A stretch of DNA of 64,000 bases from a virus (IMGVR_UViG_3300032285_000709:10856-74855), one strand, 5' to 3'. Counted from the first letter of the stretch, positions 10,028 through 19,058 are shown. Numbers and translations are program-made. Notes: generated by a model not told the origin, from the sequence alone.

Positions 10028-10182
10028 AATCAACCGTTGATATTATAGTTTGCATCTGTATGTTAGTAGCACTATATTTCAATCTAACTTCGATACCTAA
10101 ACAAGACTATATCCATAACAATCCATGGAAACAAACAGTAACAAGTGGACCTTTGGAAAGAATTCAAAATGAAACAAAGTAA
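10024..10182 (+). CDS. possible small membrane protein, 52 aa (TTG start)
   Basis: fills gap, TTGA overlap. Confidence 0.4.
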   Translation: MKSTVDIIVCICMLVALYFNLTSIPKQDYIHNNPWKQTVTSGPLERIQNETK

Positions 10183-10636
10183 AATCTATTACGAAAAAGT
10201 TGGACGCAGGTATGTGCCTGTTGCAGAATACAACGAAGAATGGTTGGATAGTTTTTTTAAAGGCACCCACATTGTAATGTGCTACCCAGGTGGTAGTAGC
10301 CGTAGATACAATATCGATCCTGCGTATGCTCCTATGATAGCCGCTGGCCGTGTTGCTGAAGATGCTATCTGTCGTGCTATCAGCAAGGCAAGTGAACTAC
10401 GACCACAGCAAACTCCTATCACGCTTGGCCAGAAACGAGCATGGGAAAAGTTAGCCAAAGAGTTTGGTAATGAATTAGCTACCCTGCAGATCAACAGCGC
10501 CCGGGATATTGCAGAAGCCGGAGTTAAAGCAATGCAAGAGGAAGTTGATAAGTTATTGACTAACCCAACTGTACGTAAGGCTTATGATCATTTTTTATTA
10601 TTATGTGAATTAACCAAAGAAAGAGAAACTGTATGA
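10169..10636 (+). CDS. hypothetical phage protein
   Basis: ORF; probable start ATG 10169. Confidence 0.7.
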   Translation: MKQSKIYYEKVGRRYVPVAEYNEEWLDSFFKGTHIVMCYPGGSSRRYNIDPAYAPMIAAGRVAEDAICRAISKASELRPQQTPITLGQKRAWEKLAKEFGNELATLQINSARDIAEAGVKAMQEEVDKLLTNPTVRKAYDHFLLLCELTKERETV

Positions 10637-10722
10637 AATGGCTATTACCTGTTGCCCTTGTTTGTTTTGGACATTTTTTCTGGGCCATGTTTTTTTCAAT
10701 AGTTTTTATACTAACTGAATAA
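10633..10722 (+). CDS. small membrane peptide, 29 aa
   Basis: ATGA-coupled at start, TAATG-coupled at end. Confidence 0.5.
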   Translation: MKWLLPVALVCFGHFFWAMFFSIVFILTE

Positions 10723-10925
10723 TGAAGAAAATTCTAATCAACTTTTTCTTTTTAATTGGAGTTGCAGGAATACTATTGTCTATGGTCGCTCTAATTGTGT
10801 TTGGTAATCAATTAGTTGACAAAAATACGCCTAGACTGTATAATTGTAGTATAGCAGAGATAAGTCCAGACTTTACTCATGCTATGCGTGAAGAATGTCG
10901 TAAACAAAGAAAGTTAACCACATGA
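10722..10925 (+). CDS. small membrane protein (CSIAEISPDF motif)
   Basis: TM helix plus Cys pair. Confidence 0.65.
   Translation: MKKILINFFFLIGVAGILLSMVALIVFGNQLVDKNTPRLYNCSIAEISPDFTHAMREECRKQRKLTT
10816..10844 (+). promoter_or_regulatory. intragenic sigma70 promoter TTGACA-17-TATAAT
   Basis: perfect consensus with extended TG. Confidence 0.75.
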
Positions 10926-11176
10926 GCAAGGCAAAACATAAACCCTATCAATGGATAGATGGTGAAACTGCTGATCGTATCACCAGTATGAACCTAAAAG
11001 ACTATCGTGCGTATCTTAAAAAAGAATTGAAGCAGTGGAAGAAAAATCCAAAGAGCGAATCTAATCCTAACGGTTACTGGTTACATCCAGAAGACGTAGG
11101 CCTTAATATTCAAACTATTGCGGCATTGGATTTAATCATCAGTCACTTTCCAGAAACATCGGATGAAATAAAATGA
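10922..11176 (+). CDS. hypothetical protein
   Basis: coupled ORF. Confidence 0.7.
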   Translation: MSKAKHKPYQWIDGETADRITSMNLKDYRAYLKKELKQWKKNPKSESNPNGYWLHPEDVGLNIQTIAALDLIISHFPETSDEIK

Positions 11177-11529
11177 GCGGTTGGAACACTATTCAAAGAA
11201 TTAAACGCATGGAAGTAGAGATTGATAAACTTGGCTTCAAGTTTAGACAACCTAAACATGGTGATTGGGATCAACAAGAACGCAGTATTAGTCTCGTGCC
11301 AAAAGATTCAGACTCACTACCCATCTACTGTAGAGATGCTGAACTGTATGTTGGTACTTTAGAAAACCTAGAAACATGGCTATACGGAGTCCGTTGGGCA
11401 CGTGAATACGACATGATGTTGCGCCTCAGTGACGATAGCAAACGTGCCAAGGCAGAACAAAAAGAACGCAATAAAAACCTAATGCGTACTATCAAAGAAG
11501 GTAAACTTGTAACTGGAGATGTAGAATGA
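11173..11529 (+). CDS. hypothetical protein
   Basis: coupled ORF. Confidence 0.7.
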   Translation: MSGWNTIQRIKRMEVEIDKLGFKFRQPKHGDWDQQERSISLVPKDSDSLPIYCRDAELYVGTLENLETWLYGVRWAREYDMMLRLSDDSKRAKAEQKERNKNLMRTIKEGKLVTGDVE

Positions 11530-12104
11530 TTACAATGAAAGAGTGGATGGAATTGGTCGACTATAAGATCACCGAGGGCAGTGATTATGGTTGGTCGTGT
11601 TACGGTCCAAATGCCTATTGCTTGGATAGCTGGAATGGTGTCCACGGCAAAGGAGGATACAGTTTTAGTATTGTGTTCAGTACCAAGACACAAAAGGTCT
11701 ACGAAGTCACTGTATGTGACTACACCAATGATCGTGCTTATCGTATGATTGCGGAGAACAAGCGAGATAAGCACAGCAAGGAATCAATGGAACGTGGCGT
11801 CAATTTGAACGAGGCATGGGACGATGTTGACTATGTGGATTTGGAAATTGATGATGACTTTATCCAAAAATGTCTAGCTATCAAAGCCGGAGAGGATTAC
11901 GATACAAATGTCAGTATTCCGTTGGACTTGCCAGATGACTTGCTGATGTTTGCGTTCAAATGCGCACACGAAGAAAATATGACATTCAACGATTGGGTTA
12001 ATAAAATGTTGCGCAGTTTTATTGACAAAGTAGAAGCAGGTGAGTATACTAAAGAAGATGCGCAGAAGTGGTTAACTGAACAGAAAGAGGAACAAGATGT
12101 TTAA
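11526..12104 (+). CDS. hypothetical protein, possible C-terminal ribbon-helix-helix
   Basis: C-terminal LDLPDDL...AHEENMTFNDWVNKML. Confidence 0.65.
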   Translation: MITMKEWMELVDYKITEGSDYGWSCYGPNAYCLDSWNGVHGKGGYSFSIVFSTKTQKVYEVTVCDYTNDRAYRMIAENKRDKHSKESMERGVNLNEAWDDVDYVDLEIDDDFIQKCLAIKAGEDYDTNVSIPLDLPDDLLMFAFKCAHEENMTFNDWVNKMLRSFIDKVEAGEYTKEDAQKWLTEQKEEQDV

Positions 12105-12414
12105 AGAAATTTCAGCAATCGTAGTTGGTTGGGCGGCCTTGATTATATTGGCCATGTTTGGTAGCTTTTTTGCTTACCAGTACTTTGCTCCTAAGTATCG
12201 TCAGGTAGACAATGAAGTGTTCAAACAAAGTGAGCAGTATAATGACGGTATGATCCGTGATTTGGAAAACTTGCAGATTGAATACATCAATGCCGATGCG
12301 GAGAAGAAACAAGCTCTTCGTGCTATTGTGTTACATCGTTTCTCGGTGTACCCAGAGGACAAGATGCCTCCCAACCTTCGTAACTTTTATAACAATTTGA
12401 AAGCAGGAAAATGA
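12097..12414 (+). CDS. membrane-anchored hypothetical protein
   Basis: GAGG RBS, N-terminal TM. Confidence 0.7.
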   Translation: MFKEISAIVVGWAALIILAMFGSFFAYQYFAPKYRQVDNEVFKQSEQYNDGMIRDLENLQIEYINADAEKKQALRAIVLHRFSVYPEDKMPPNLRNFYNNLKAGK

Positions 12415-12509
12415 AAGATGTAATATTGCCCGAATGGGCTGGCAAGGTAACTTACTTTGCTCTTGGATTTATGGTTTGTTTTACTCTCTTTGTTAAAGGT
12501 ATCCTATGA
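12411..12509 (+). CDS. small membrane peptide, 32 aa
   Basis: ATGA-coupled at both ends. Confidence 0.5.
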   Translation: MKDVILPEWAGKVTYFALGFMVCFTLFVKGIL

Positions 12510-12988
12510 AACATATTCTAGCCCTTGTAGTTGTCGCAACTCTTTTGACAGCATGTGATGTTAAAGAAACATCTACACAGATTGAACGCCGTAAGCAAGA
12601 AGAACTCAGCTTGCAAGGTGTACAGTCAGTTGGTATGCCTAGCATTGTAAACTTTGCCGAAAAGCGTATGATGAAAGACATCATTGAGTTGCGTGATCAA
12701 AATGTAGCCACTTATGTTTACATCACGGACATGAATGGTCGTTTGCATAAGGTATGTAATGCAGTCGGTTACGGCTTGCCTTATGCTACTCAGTACACTA
12801 ACCCAATGCGTATTAGCGGTGATGGGCATGGCTATGTAACATTGCCACAAGCTGATCCAAACGGTTTGTACAGTCCAGCAAGTGCTGATGGTACCTGGGT
12901 CCTGTGTGTAGACACTAAGTCCGGTAAAGCTAAACCAGTTTATATTGAACCACGTGTTATTGTAAGCCCGATTGCATTAGGCGAGTAA
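12506..12988 (+). CDS. putative lipoprotein
   Basis: lipobox LLTAC; GYGLPYATQYTNP, QADPNGLY. Confidence 0.75.
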   Translation: MKHILALVVVATLLTACDVKETSTQIERRKQEELSLQGVQSVGMPSIVNFAEKRMMKDIIELRDQNVATYVYITDMNGRLHKVCNAVGYGLPYATQYTNPMRISGDGHGYVTLPQADPNGLYSPASADGTWVLCVDTKSGKAKPVYIEPRVIVSPIALGE

Positions 12989-12989
12989 T

Positions 12990-13106
12990 ATGAACGGAGA
13001 TCATTGGGCACAGTTTATAGCCTGTTTGATTGCAATTGGCGGCATGGCGTTTGCATTTGTAATGGGCTACCTGATTGGATACAATGATGCTAAGGACGGC
13101 AGATGA
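12990..13106 (+). CDS. small membrane peptide, 38 aa
   Basis: fills gap, coupled to next gene. Confidence 0.5.
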   Translation: MNGDHWAQFIACLIAIGGMAFAFVMGYLIGYNDAKDGR

Positions 13107-13564
13107 AATTATTTGAGCGATCCGGCGGGTGTTGGTTGTTTTGGTGGAGTGCCGTTTACTTCACTATAGGAATGATAGATCTTTTTGTGCTCAAAACAGA
13201 TTTGTTTCCATTGACACAGTTAGCATGGTTGTGTATAATAGCATTACCATTAGTTTGTAATCCGCTGGCTCGCTGGCTTAACATGAAAGAAAATACAATG
13301 TTTGATTTGTTTAAGAAAAATAAAATGCCTGAAAATGTAGTTCCGTTTCCTGCACCGGCACCAAAATTGGTAGAGCCTCCTCCGGAACCAAAAAAGCCTG
13401 CCGTAACTTATTACACGCTAGGAATGACCAGTGAGGGTCGATTAGAGTTTAAGATGGGCTATAGTGCCATTACTATGAACTATGGTGGTCTTTGTAACTT
13501 AATGGATCAACTCGAAGTATACAAGAAACAACTCGCCGAATACGAAGATGTTGAAGAAGAATGA
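13103..13564 (+). CDS. membrane protein with likely in-frame internal start at 13298
   Basis: two TM helices then a Pro-rich soluble part; internal promoter. Confidence 0.6.
   Translation: MKLFERSGGCWLFWWSAVYFTIGMIDLFVLKTDLFPLTQLAWLCIIALPLVCNPLARWLNMKENTMFDLFKKNKMPENVVPFPAPAPKLVEPPPEPKKPAVTYYTLGMTSEGRLEFKMGYSAITMNYGGLCNLMDQLEVYKKQLAEYEDVEEE
13211..13239 (+). promoter_or_regulatory. intragenic sigma70 promoter TTGACA-17-TATAAT
   Basis: perfect consensus with TG. Confidence 0.75.
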
Positions 13565-13977
13565 AATTCTTTGAACCTCTGCGTGATGACCTAATGGTCC
13601 AGCAACAGATCTCTAATAGCTGGGAGCATATGGTTGGTGTCATCATGCTTAACCAAACTGGTCGTAAGCCTGTTAAGATGACCTTGCCGGAATTCCTATA
13701 TTGGTTTCCCACACCACAGGCATTGATAGCCGCTGACGAAGAATTTGTCAAAAGCATTATACAACCATTAGGCATGACTAATGTCCGCTACAAACGTCTA
13801 GTAGGTATGAGTTATGATTATTTGACTTGGGATGGCAATGATGCTACAATGTTATATGGGATCGGAAAATACGGCAGTGATAGTTACGAAATATTTTTCA
13901 AACAGAACTATAGTGTAGTACCCACAGATAAAGAATTGAAACGTTATTTAGAAGAGGAAGTTTATGAATCCGTTTAG
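13561..13977 (+). CDS. HhH-GPD DNA glycosylase, MBD4-like
   Basis: IMLNQT, FPTP, PLG, LYGIGKYGSDSYEIF, DKEL motifs. Confidence 0.85.
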   Translation: MKFFEPLRDDLMVQQQISNSWEHMVGVIMLNQTGRKPVKMTLPEFLYWFPTPQALIAADEEFVKSIIQPLGMTNVRYKRLVGMSYDYLTWDGNDATMLYGIGKYGSDSYEIFFKQNYSVVPTDKELKRYLEEEVYESV

Positions 13978-14326
13978 AGATCAAGAAAAGTTTATGAAGG
14001 CATGTGACCAAACTACCGGTGAGTGGAACGTTGAGCAATTCAATTTGTATGTTAATTTGATTGAAGAAGAATTTAATGACGAACTAAAAACAGCCATTAA
14101 AAATTGCGATAATGTTGAAATCTTAGACGCCCTTGTGGATATCCTAGTTGTTACCATTGGTGCCGCACACTCGATGGGTGCAGATATCGAAGGCGCATGG
14201 AAAGAAGTTATGCGAACTAACTTTGCTAAAATTGGCGAAGATGGCAAAGTCCGTAAACGTGAAGATGGCAAAGTATTGAAACCAGTGGGCTGGACTCCTC
14301 CAAATTTAAAACCTTTCGTAAAATAA
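13964..14326 (+). CDS. MazG-like / PRA-PH NTP pyrophosphohydrolase
   Basis: IEEE..E, DALVD, REDGKVLKP.GW.PP. Confidence 0.88.
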   Translation: MNPFRDQEKFMKACDQTTGEWNVEQFNLYVNLIEEEFNDELKTAIKNCDNVEILDALVDILVVTIGAAHSMGADIEGAWKEVMRTNFAKIGEDGKVRKREDGKVLKPVGWTPPNLKPFVK

Positions 14327-14547
14327 TGTATAAAACAATTTACACAGAAGTTGAAGTAGATGTCGACTTGTCAGAATTTGACACAGACGACCTGATTGAA
14401 GAATTGGAGTCGCGTGGTGCTGGTGCTACTGACTACGGTGATGGTAAAGAAGTACTAGAATCCATTTACCAGAAACGTAGACTGGGTCAAGACTACCAAA
14501 CAGAATTAGAAGCATTAATCTATTTAGGATTAGGAAAAATTATATGA
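14326..14547 (+). CDS. hypothetical protein
   Basis: coupled ORF. Confidence 0.65.
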   Translation: MYKTIYTEVEVDVDLSEFDTDDLIEELESRGAGATDYGDGKEVLESIYQKRRLGQDYQTELEALIYLGLGKII

Positions 14548-14996
14548 AAAGAGAACTAGACGAATACCTGTGCAAGACCTATCCAAAGATGATGGTCAAT
14601 CGAAGCAAACCTATGCAGGAAACTGCAATGTGTTGGGGCTTTGAATGTGGGGATGGTTGGTTTGATATCCTTAGAGTCCTTATGGGCAATATCCAGCATC
14701 GCATTGATTGGAACAACAGTAATTTTGAAAAAGGTTATACACAGTACAAACAGATCCCGCAAGTAACCCTAGATCAGGTCAAAGAAAAGTTTGGCACACT
14801 ACGGTTTTACTACTCAGGTGGCGATGACTATATCAGCGGTATGGTAGCTATGGCAGAAAGCATGAGCGCCGTTACTTGCGAAACCTGCGGCAAGCCTGGC
14901 ACACAAACCCGTGGTGGTTGGATTAAGACAGCATGTGTAGAGCATGGTGGTCAAGATTACAGCACTCCAGAAGAGGAACTAGATGACGCTACCTGA
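14544..14996 (+). CDS. hypothetical phage protein (QVKEKFGTLRFY, CETCG zinc ribbon)
   Basis: recurrent phage motifs. Confidence 0.75.
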   Translation: MKRELDEYLCKTYPKMMVNRSKPMQETAMCWGFECGDGWFDILRVLMGNIQHRIDWNNSNFEKGYTQYKQIPQVTLDQVKEKFGTLRFYYSGGDDYISGMVAMAESMSAVTCETCGKPGTQTRGGWIKTACVEHGGQDYSTPEEELDDAT

Positions 14997-15243
14997 TGAA
15001 CGCTATCGTGCTGTGATGTGGGCAAAGAGCTTTTGCGAAGATCTATTGGATTCTAAGAAAACCCCTAGGGTTCCAAAAGAGATTCGACGTAGAGCCTATG
15101 GTGTGTTGCGTCACTTTCCAGATGACTATTACCTAAGTATGCTTGCAGATGCTCGTCCGGATATTTTAGAACGTAAAGGGGAACCTTTTGATCCTCTTTA
15201 CAAAATGGTTAAAGAGTACGACTTACAAAAGGAAAAGGATTAA
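14983..15243 (+). CDS. BPSL0761-like protein
   Basis: MTLPDER...LRHFP motif. Confidence 0.65.
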   Translation: MTLPDERYRAVMWAKSFCEDLLDSKKTPRVPKEIRRRAYGVLRHFPDDYYLSMLADARPDILERKGEPFDPLYKMVKEYDLQKEKD

Positions 15244-15642
15244 ATGTTAGATTGTTTAATTATGGGTGACAGTATTGCAGTAGGCACAGCCCAAGTGCGA
15301 CAAGAATGTGTTTCATATTCTAAAGGCGGTATTAACAGTTACCAATGGTTAAACGCTAACGTGGGTAAAAGTCCTTACGTTGCCAAAACTGTTATTATCA
15401 GTTTGGGATCAAATGATCACAAGTATGTTAAAACCTTAACAGAATTACGTACTATTCGCGAGCTGACTAAGGCAGAACGAGTCTATTGGATTTTACCCGC
15501 TATTAAACCCGACATTCAAGAAATGGTTAAAAAAGTAGCGGCAGAGTGGGGCGATACAGTATTGCCAATGACTCGACTACAAAAAGATGGCGTCCACCCA
15601 AGTTGGGCAGGTTATAAAGAGTTAGCAGAAAATACAAAATAA
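15244..15642 (+). CDS. SGNH/GDSL hydrolase
   Basis: GDS, G, GSND, DGVHP blocks. Confidence 0.85.
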   Translation: MLDCLIMGDSIAVGTAQVRQECVSYSKGGINSYQWLNANVGKSPYVAKTVIISLGSNDHKYVKTLTELRTIRELTKAERVYWILPAIKPDIQEMVKKVAAEWGDTVLPMTRLQKDGVHPSWAGYKELAENTK

Positions 15643-15650
15643 GGAAAACT

Positions 15651-16238
15651 ATGTTAGTACCAATGGTAATTGAAAAGTCCAGCAATGGCGAACGTGCTTA
15701 TGACATTTACAGCAGACTTTTAAAAGAACGTATTGTGTTCTTAAATGGTCCTGTACATGACGATTCAGCTAACTTGATCGTAGCACAGATGCTGTTTTTA
15801 GAGTCAGAAGACCCAGATAAAGACATTAATTTTTATATCAATAGCCCGGGCGGTGTTGTTACCGCAGGTATGAGCATTTATGATGTAATGCAGTTTGTTA
15901 AGTGTGATGTTGCTACTTATGTGATGGGGCAGGCTTGTTCAATGGGCAGTTTGTTGGCCAGTTCAGGGAGTGCCGGAAAACGCTATATGTTACCCCAGGC
16001 TCGTCATATGATTCATCAGCCTAGCGGTGGTGCAGGTGGGCAGGCCACTGACATGGAAATCCAAGTAAAAGAGATTCTAAAAATGAAGAAAACTCTCACA
16101 GAAATCTATGTTAAACACAACAGCAAAGGCAAAACTTACGAAGAATTTGCACGTGATATGGAACGTGATTTCTTTATGAGCGCACAAGAAGCCTGCGATT
16201 ATGGCCTCGTAGACACAGTTGTAAGCAAACACGAATAA
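15651..16238 (+). CDS. clpP: ATP-dependent Clp protease proteolytic subunit
   Basis: [31 protein letters not shown]. Confidence 0.97.
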   Translation: MLVPMVIEKSSNGERAYDIYSRLLKERIVFLNGPVHDDSANLIVAQMLFLESEDPDKDINFYINSPGGVVTAGMSIYDVMQFVKCDVATYVMGQACSMGSLLASSGSAGKRYMLPQARHMIHQPSGGAGGQATDMEIQVKEILKMKKTLTEIYVKHNSKGKTYEEFARDMERDFFMSAQEACDYGLVDTVVSKHE

Positions 16239-16245
16239 ACTACAA

Positions 16246-16303
16246 CGTATTCCGCTAAATAGTAGGTACAGCCCAAATAGGGCTTATCTACTACTGGAAT
16301 ACG
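16246..16303 (+). promoter_or_regulatory. late promoter TAAATA (16256) inside an RBS-sequestering hairpin
   Basis: CGTATTCC/GGAATACG inverted repeat with inner stems. Confidence 0.6.
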
Positions 16304-16306
16304 CTA

Positions 16307-17212
16307 ATGTCAATAATCGATGTCTTAACCTTAGAAAACGGCAAATTAGTCGCTCGTAGCGACCTGAATGTTTACGGACAACTAACTGTAAACAAACTAA
16401 TTACACACGAATTAGTAGCTCATACCAAGTATGATGCACCATTCTTTGAGTTTTCAAAAAATAACGAAACAGGCACAAATGCAGGCCACGGGCTTACTTG
16501 GCCGCAAGCAGACTATGCCCGCCAGTTAATTTGGCGCGATGACCCAAGTCGTTTTTGGTTCACAGATAGCGTAGACCTAGCACCCGACCGTGCTTATCAC
16601 ATCGGTGGTTCTCCTATACTCAGCCAGCATACATTAGGTGGTAGTGTTACAGTATCTAATTTACAAACTGTGGGCGTATTAGAAAGTCTAACAGTTAGCG
16701 GTGACGTAAACTTTGGCGAAGAAGTATTTTTCAATGCAACTTCCGGAAGATTGAGTATTGGCACAGAAGCCGCAACAGGTGTTCTAACTGTTTACGATAC
16801 AACTAACGATGTTGAATTAGTACTAACAGGTGGCACTAATAGTCGTGGACGCATCGGTACAGTTCAAACTAAAAATATTGATATCATTACAGATGATCAA
16901 GCTAGAATCAGCGTTGAGTACAATGGTGACGTTACAATCAGTAATGAAACAGATCGCACAGTAACAACTCGCATCTATGGTCAAGTCGGTGTTAATGTTA
17001 AAAATCCACGTGAAGATTTTGAAGTAGCAGGAAACATTCGCTGGGCTAATAAATTATTTGCAACAGGCAACGGTGCGCCGACAAATGGTCAGTATATGAA
17101 GGGTGATGTGATTTGGAACGATGATCCAAAGAGCATGAGCTACATTGGTTGGGTATGCACTCAATCAGGAAACCCTGGCGACTGGAAGCCGTTTGGTTTA
17201 ATCGGCAGTTAA
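16307..17212 (+). CDS. putative virion structural (fibre-like) protein
   Basis: beta-rich, GRLSIGT, GVNVKNP, GWVCT..G.PG.WKPFG C-terminal motif; late promoter. Confidence 0.7.
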   Translation: MSIIDVLTLENGKLVARSDLNVYGQLTVNKLITHELVAHTKYDAPFFEFSKNNETGTNAGHGLTWPQADYARQLIWRDDPSRFWFTDSVDLAPDRAYHIGGSPILSQHTLGGSVTVSNLQTVGVLESLTVSGDVNFGEEVFFNATSGRLSIGTEAATGVLTVYDTTNDVELVLTGGTNSRGRIGTVQTKNIDIITDDQARISVEYNGDVTISNETDRTVTTRIYGQVGVNVKNPREDFEVAGNIRWANKLFATGNGAPTNGQYMKGDVIWNDDPKSMSYIGWVCTQSGNPGDWKPFGLIGS

Positions 17213-17238
17213 TTCATAGATAATCCAAGATAAGTAAT

Positions 17239-17260
17239 TAGACAAGAGAAATCTTGTTTA
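17239..17260 (+). other. GAAA-tetraloop hairpin in 5' region of the membrane gene
   Basis: TAGACAAGA-GAAA-TCTTGTTTA. Confidence 0.5.
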
Positions 17261-17293
17261 GGCAACTATCTTTTGGCACATTAGGGGATTACT

Positions 17294-17608
17294 ATGAAAG
17301 ACCAACTCAATAAAATTAACTGGCACATTAAACTTTGGCTCTGGTACGGCAGACTTAGCCCGGTACTATTCTTAATCGGAGCATTTTCGCTCTATCAAAT
17401 ACTCAACACGGACATACCACTTATTTTCTACGCGGCTTGGACAATTTTTGTCGCCACTGGAATCATCTGGTGGGCGTGGGTGATTAAAGTACTGTTGGAT
17501 ATGGTAAATTTATTCATTCAAGTAAGCGAACACGTTGAGTCAATACAAAATACCATCAAAGAAGTAAAAGAGGATGTAAAATCTCTCGACACCTCTAGGA
17601 AAGATTAA
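17294..17608 (+). CDS. two-TM membrane protein with coiled-coil tail
   Basis: AGGGG RBS; hydrophobic segments. Confidence 0.7.
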   Translation: MKDQLNKINWHIKLWLWYGRLSPVLFLIGAFSLYQILNTDIPLIFYAAWTIFVATGIIWWAWVIKVLLDMVNLFIQVSEHVESIQNTIKEVKEDVKSLDTSRKD

Positions 17609-17644
17609 ATAAAGATGCTATAATAATTTATAGCGTTAAAACTT

Positions 17645-17717
17645 AGTCGACTCCTATGGCATTCATCCGACTTTAAATATTCTGCATGTCATCAAACTTG
17701 CTACTTTTATAAAGGAG
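17645..17717 (+). ncRNA. candidate cis-regulatory H-type pseudoknot in queD leader
   Basis: AGTCG/CGACT stem; loop ATGGCAT pairs with ATGTCAT; loop CTCCT is anti-SD. Confidence 0.45.
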
Positions 17718-17724
17718 ACTAGAG

Positions 17725-18255
17725 ATGGCAAAATTCTACTCAACAAAAACTTACGGTAACGACCGCGGCCTATCATGCTGTTTTAGACAATGGCGTGCCA
17801 CACACAGCCACTGCTCAACACTACATGGTTACTCAATTGGCATTAAACTTGTGTTTGAATGCGACACACTAGACGACAAAAACTGGTGTATGGACTTTGG
17901 TGGTCTTAAAGAATTCAAAGCATGGGCTGACTATATGTTTGATCATACTTTGGTTATTGCCCACGATGATCCCCATCTAAACTTTTTCCAACAAATGGCT
18001 AATATGGGAAATGTTCCAAGTTCGGGAAATGGTGATCAAGGCTTTGATAAACTAGAACCATATCAACGTGGAGCATTATGCGATCTACGTATTGTACCAG
18101 GCGTAGGTTGTGAAATGTTTGCCAAAATGGCATACGACAAAATGGCCGAACTGCTGGCATCGGGCGATATGCGTTACCCAATCAATCCAACTGTTAGAAT
18201 TAAAACAGTTGAAGTATTCGAACACGGAGCAAATTCAGCTACATACGAAGGTTGA
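17725..18255 (+). CDS. queD: 6-carboxy-5,6,7,8-tetrahydropterin synthase
   Basis: CSTLHGYS, MDFGGLK, FDHT, GCE, VEVFE. Confidence 0.9.
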   Translation: MAKFYSTKTYGNDRGLSCCFRQWRATHSHCSTLHGYSIGIKLVFECDTLDDKNWCMDFGGLKEFKAWADYMFDHTLVIAHDDPHLNFFQQMANMGNVPSSGNGDQGFDKLEPYQRGALCDLRIVPGVGCEMFAKMAYDKMAELLASGDMRYPINPTVRIKTVEVFEHGANSATYEG

Positions 18256-18280
18256 CTTTTTCCAAACAATCTGCTATAAT
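18252..18280 (+). promoter_or_regulatory. sigma70 promoter TTGACT-17-TATAAT
   Basis: extended -10 TGC; ATG 6 nt downstream. Confidence 0.85.
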
Positions 18281-18286
18281 ATTGTT

Positions 18287-18790
18287 ATGATAATATATTT
18301 AGATATGGATGATGTAGTAGCAGATTGGATGGGCTATGCTCGTGCAATCGTTAATCGTAACTGGAACTACGGAGAACGTATTCCAGACGAAGATTGGAAC
18401 AAAGTTAAAGCCAAAGAACGTATGTATAGAGATCTACCTTTAAAAGAGGGTGCAAAAGATCTAGTGCAGTTTTGTCGCACCGCAGTTAGTACAGGCAAAG
18501 CAGATGGGTTATTTTTCTTAACAGCATTACCGCATTCAGATACGGTTCCCTGGGCCGCCTATGACAAGGTATATTGGGCAGAAAAATACTTTCCAGGTAT
18601 TCCTGTGTTCTTTGGCCCTTACAGTTTTGACAAACACAAACATTGTAAATCAGGCGATATCTTAATTGATGACCGTACCAGCAACTGTGAAGAATGGCGT
18701 GCCGCAGGCGGCCACTCACACATTTATCGTAACTGGGAAGAATGTAAACCTTGGTTAGAAAGCATATTAAATGAACATTCTAAATTTTAG
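18287..18790 (+). CDS. HAD-family 5'(3')-deoxyribonucleotidase
   Basis: YLDMDDVVAD, LTA, K, ILIDD; true start 18287. Confidence 0.88.
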   Translation: MIIYLDMDDVVADWMGYARAIVNRNWNYGERIPDEDWNKVKAKERMYRDLPLKEGAKDLVQFCRTAVSTGKADGLFFLTALPHSDTVPWAAYDKVYWAEKYFPGIPVFFGPYSFDKHKHCKSGDILIDDRTSNCEEWRAAGGHSHIYRNWEECKPWLESILNEHSKF

Positions 18791-19058
18791 ATTTGAATTG
18801 GCTAACCCGCTCGATAGGTGGGAATACTTCAAACCATTAGGCCATCTAAGTGGTAGTTTACCTTGGCATAAGGCTTGGGAATTAGAACATTCTTATATGA
18901 GTACCATGTTACTAGATACCGAAATGCATTGGACTCGAAATACTGATCATGCTGGTCTAGGGTTCTCTATAGGTATTTTGGGCTATGGTGTTGCGTTTAG
19001 GATATACGATACTAGGCATTGGAATTACACACTAGATCGATGGGTGTCATATGAGTAG
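18771..19058 (+). CDS. hypothetical protein
   Basis: ORF (DHAG, YDTRHW). Confidence 0.65.
   Translation: MNILNFRFELANPLDRWEYFKPLGHLSGSLPWHKAWELEHSYMSTMLLDTEMHWTRNTDHAGLGFSIGILGYGVAFRIYDTRHWNYTLDRWVSYE

Noticed and set aside
18110-18286. N-terminal extension of the HAD nucleotidase in the ORF track
   Set aside because: Overlaps queD; promoter and DxD motif position place the start at 18287
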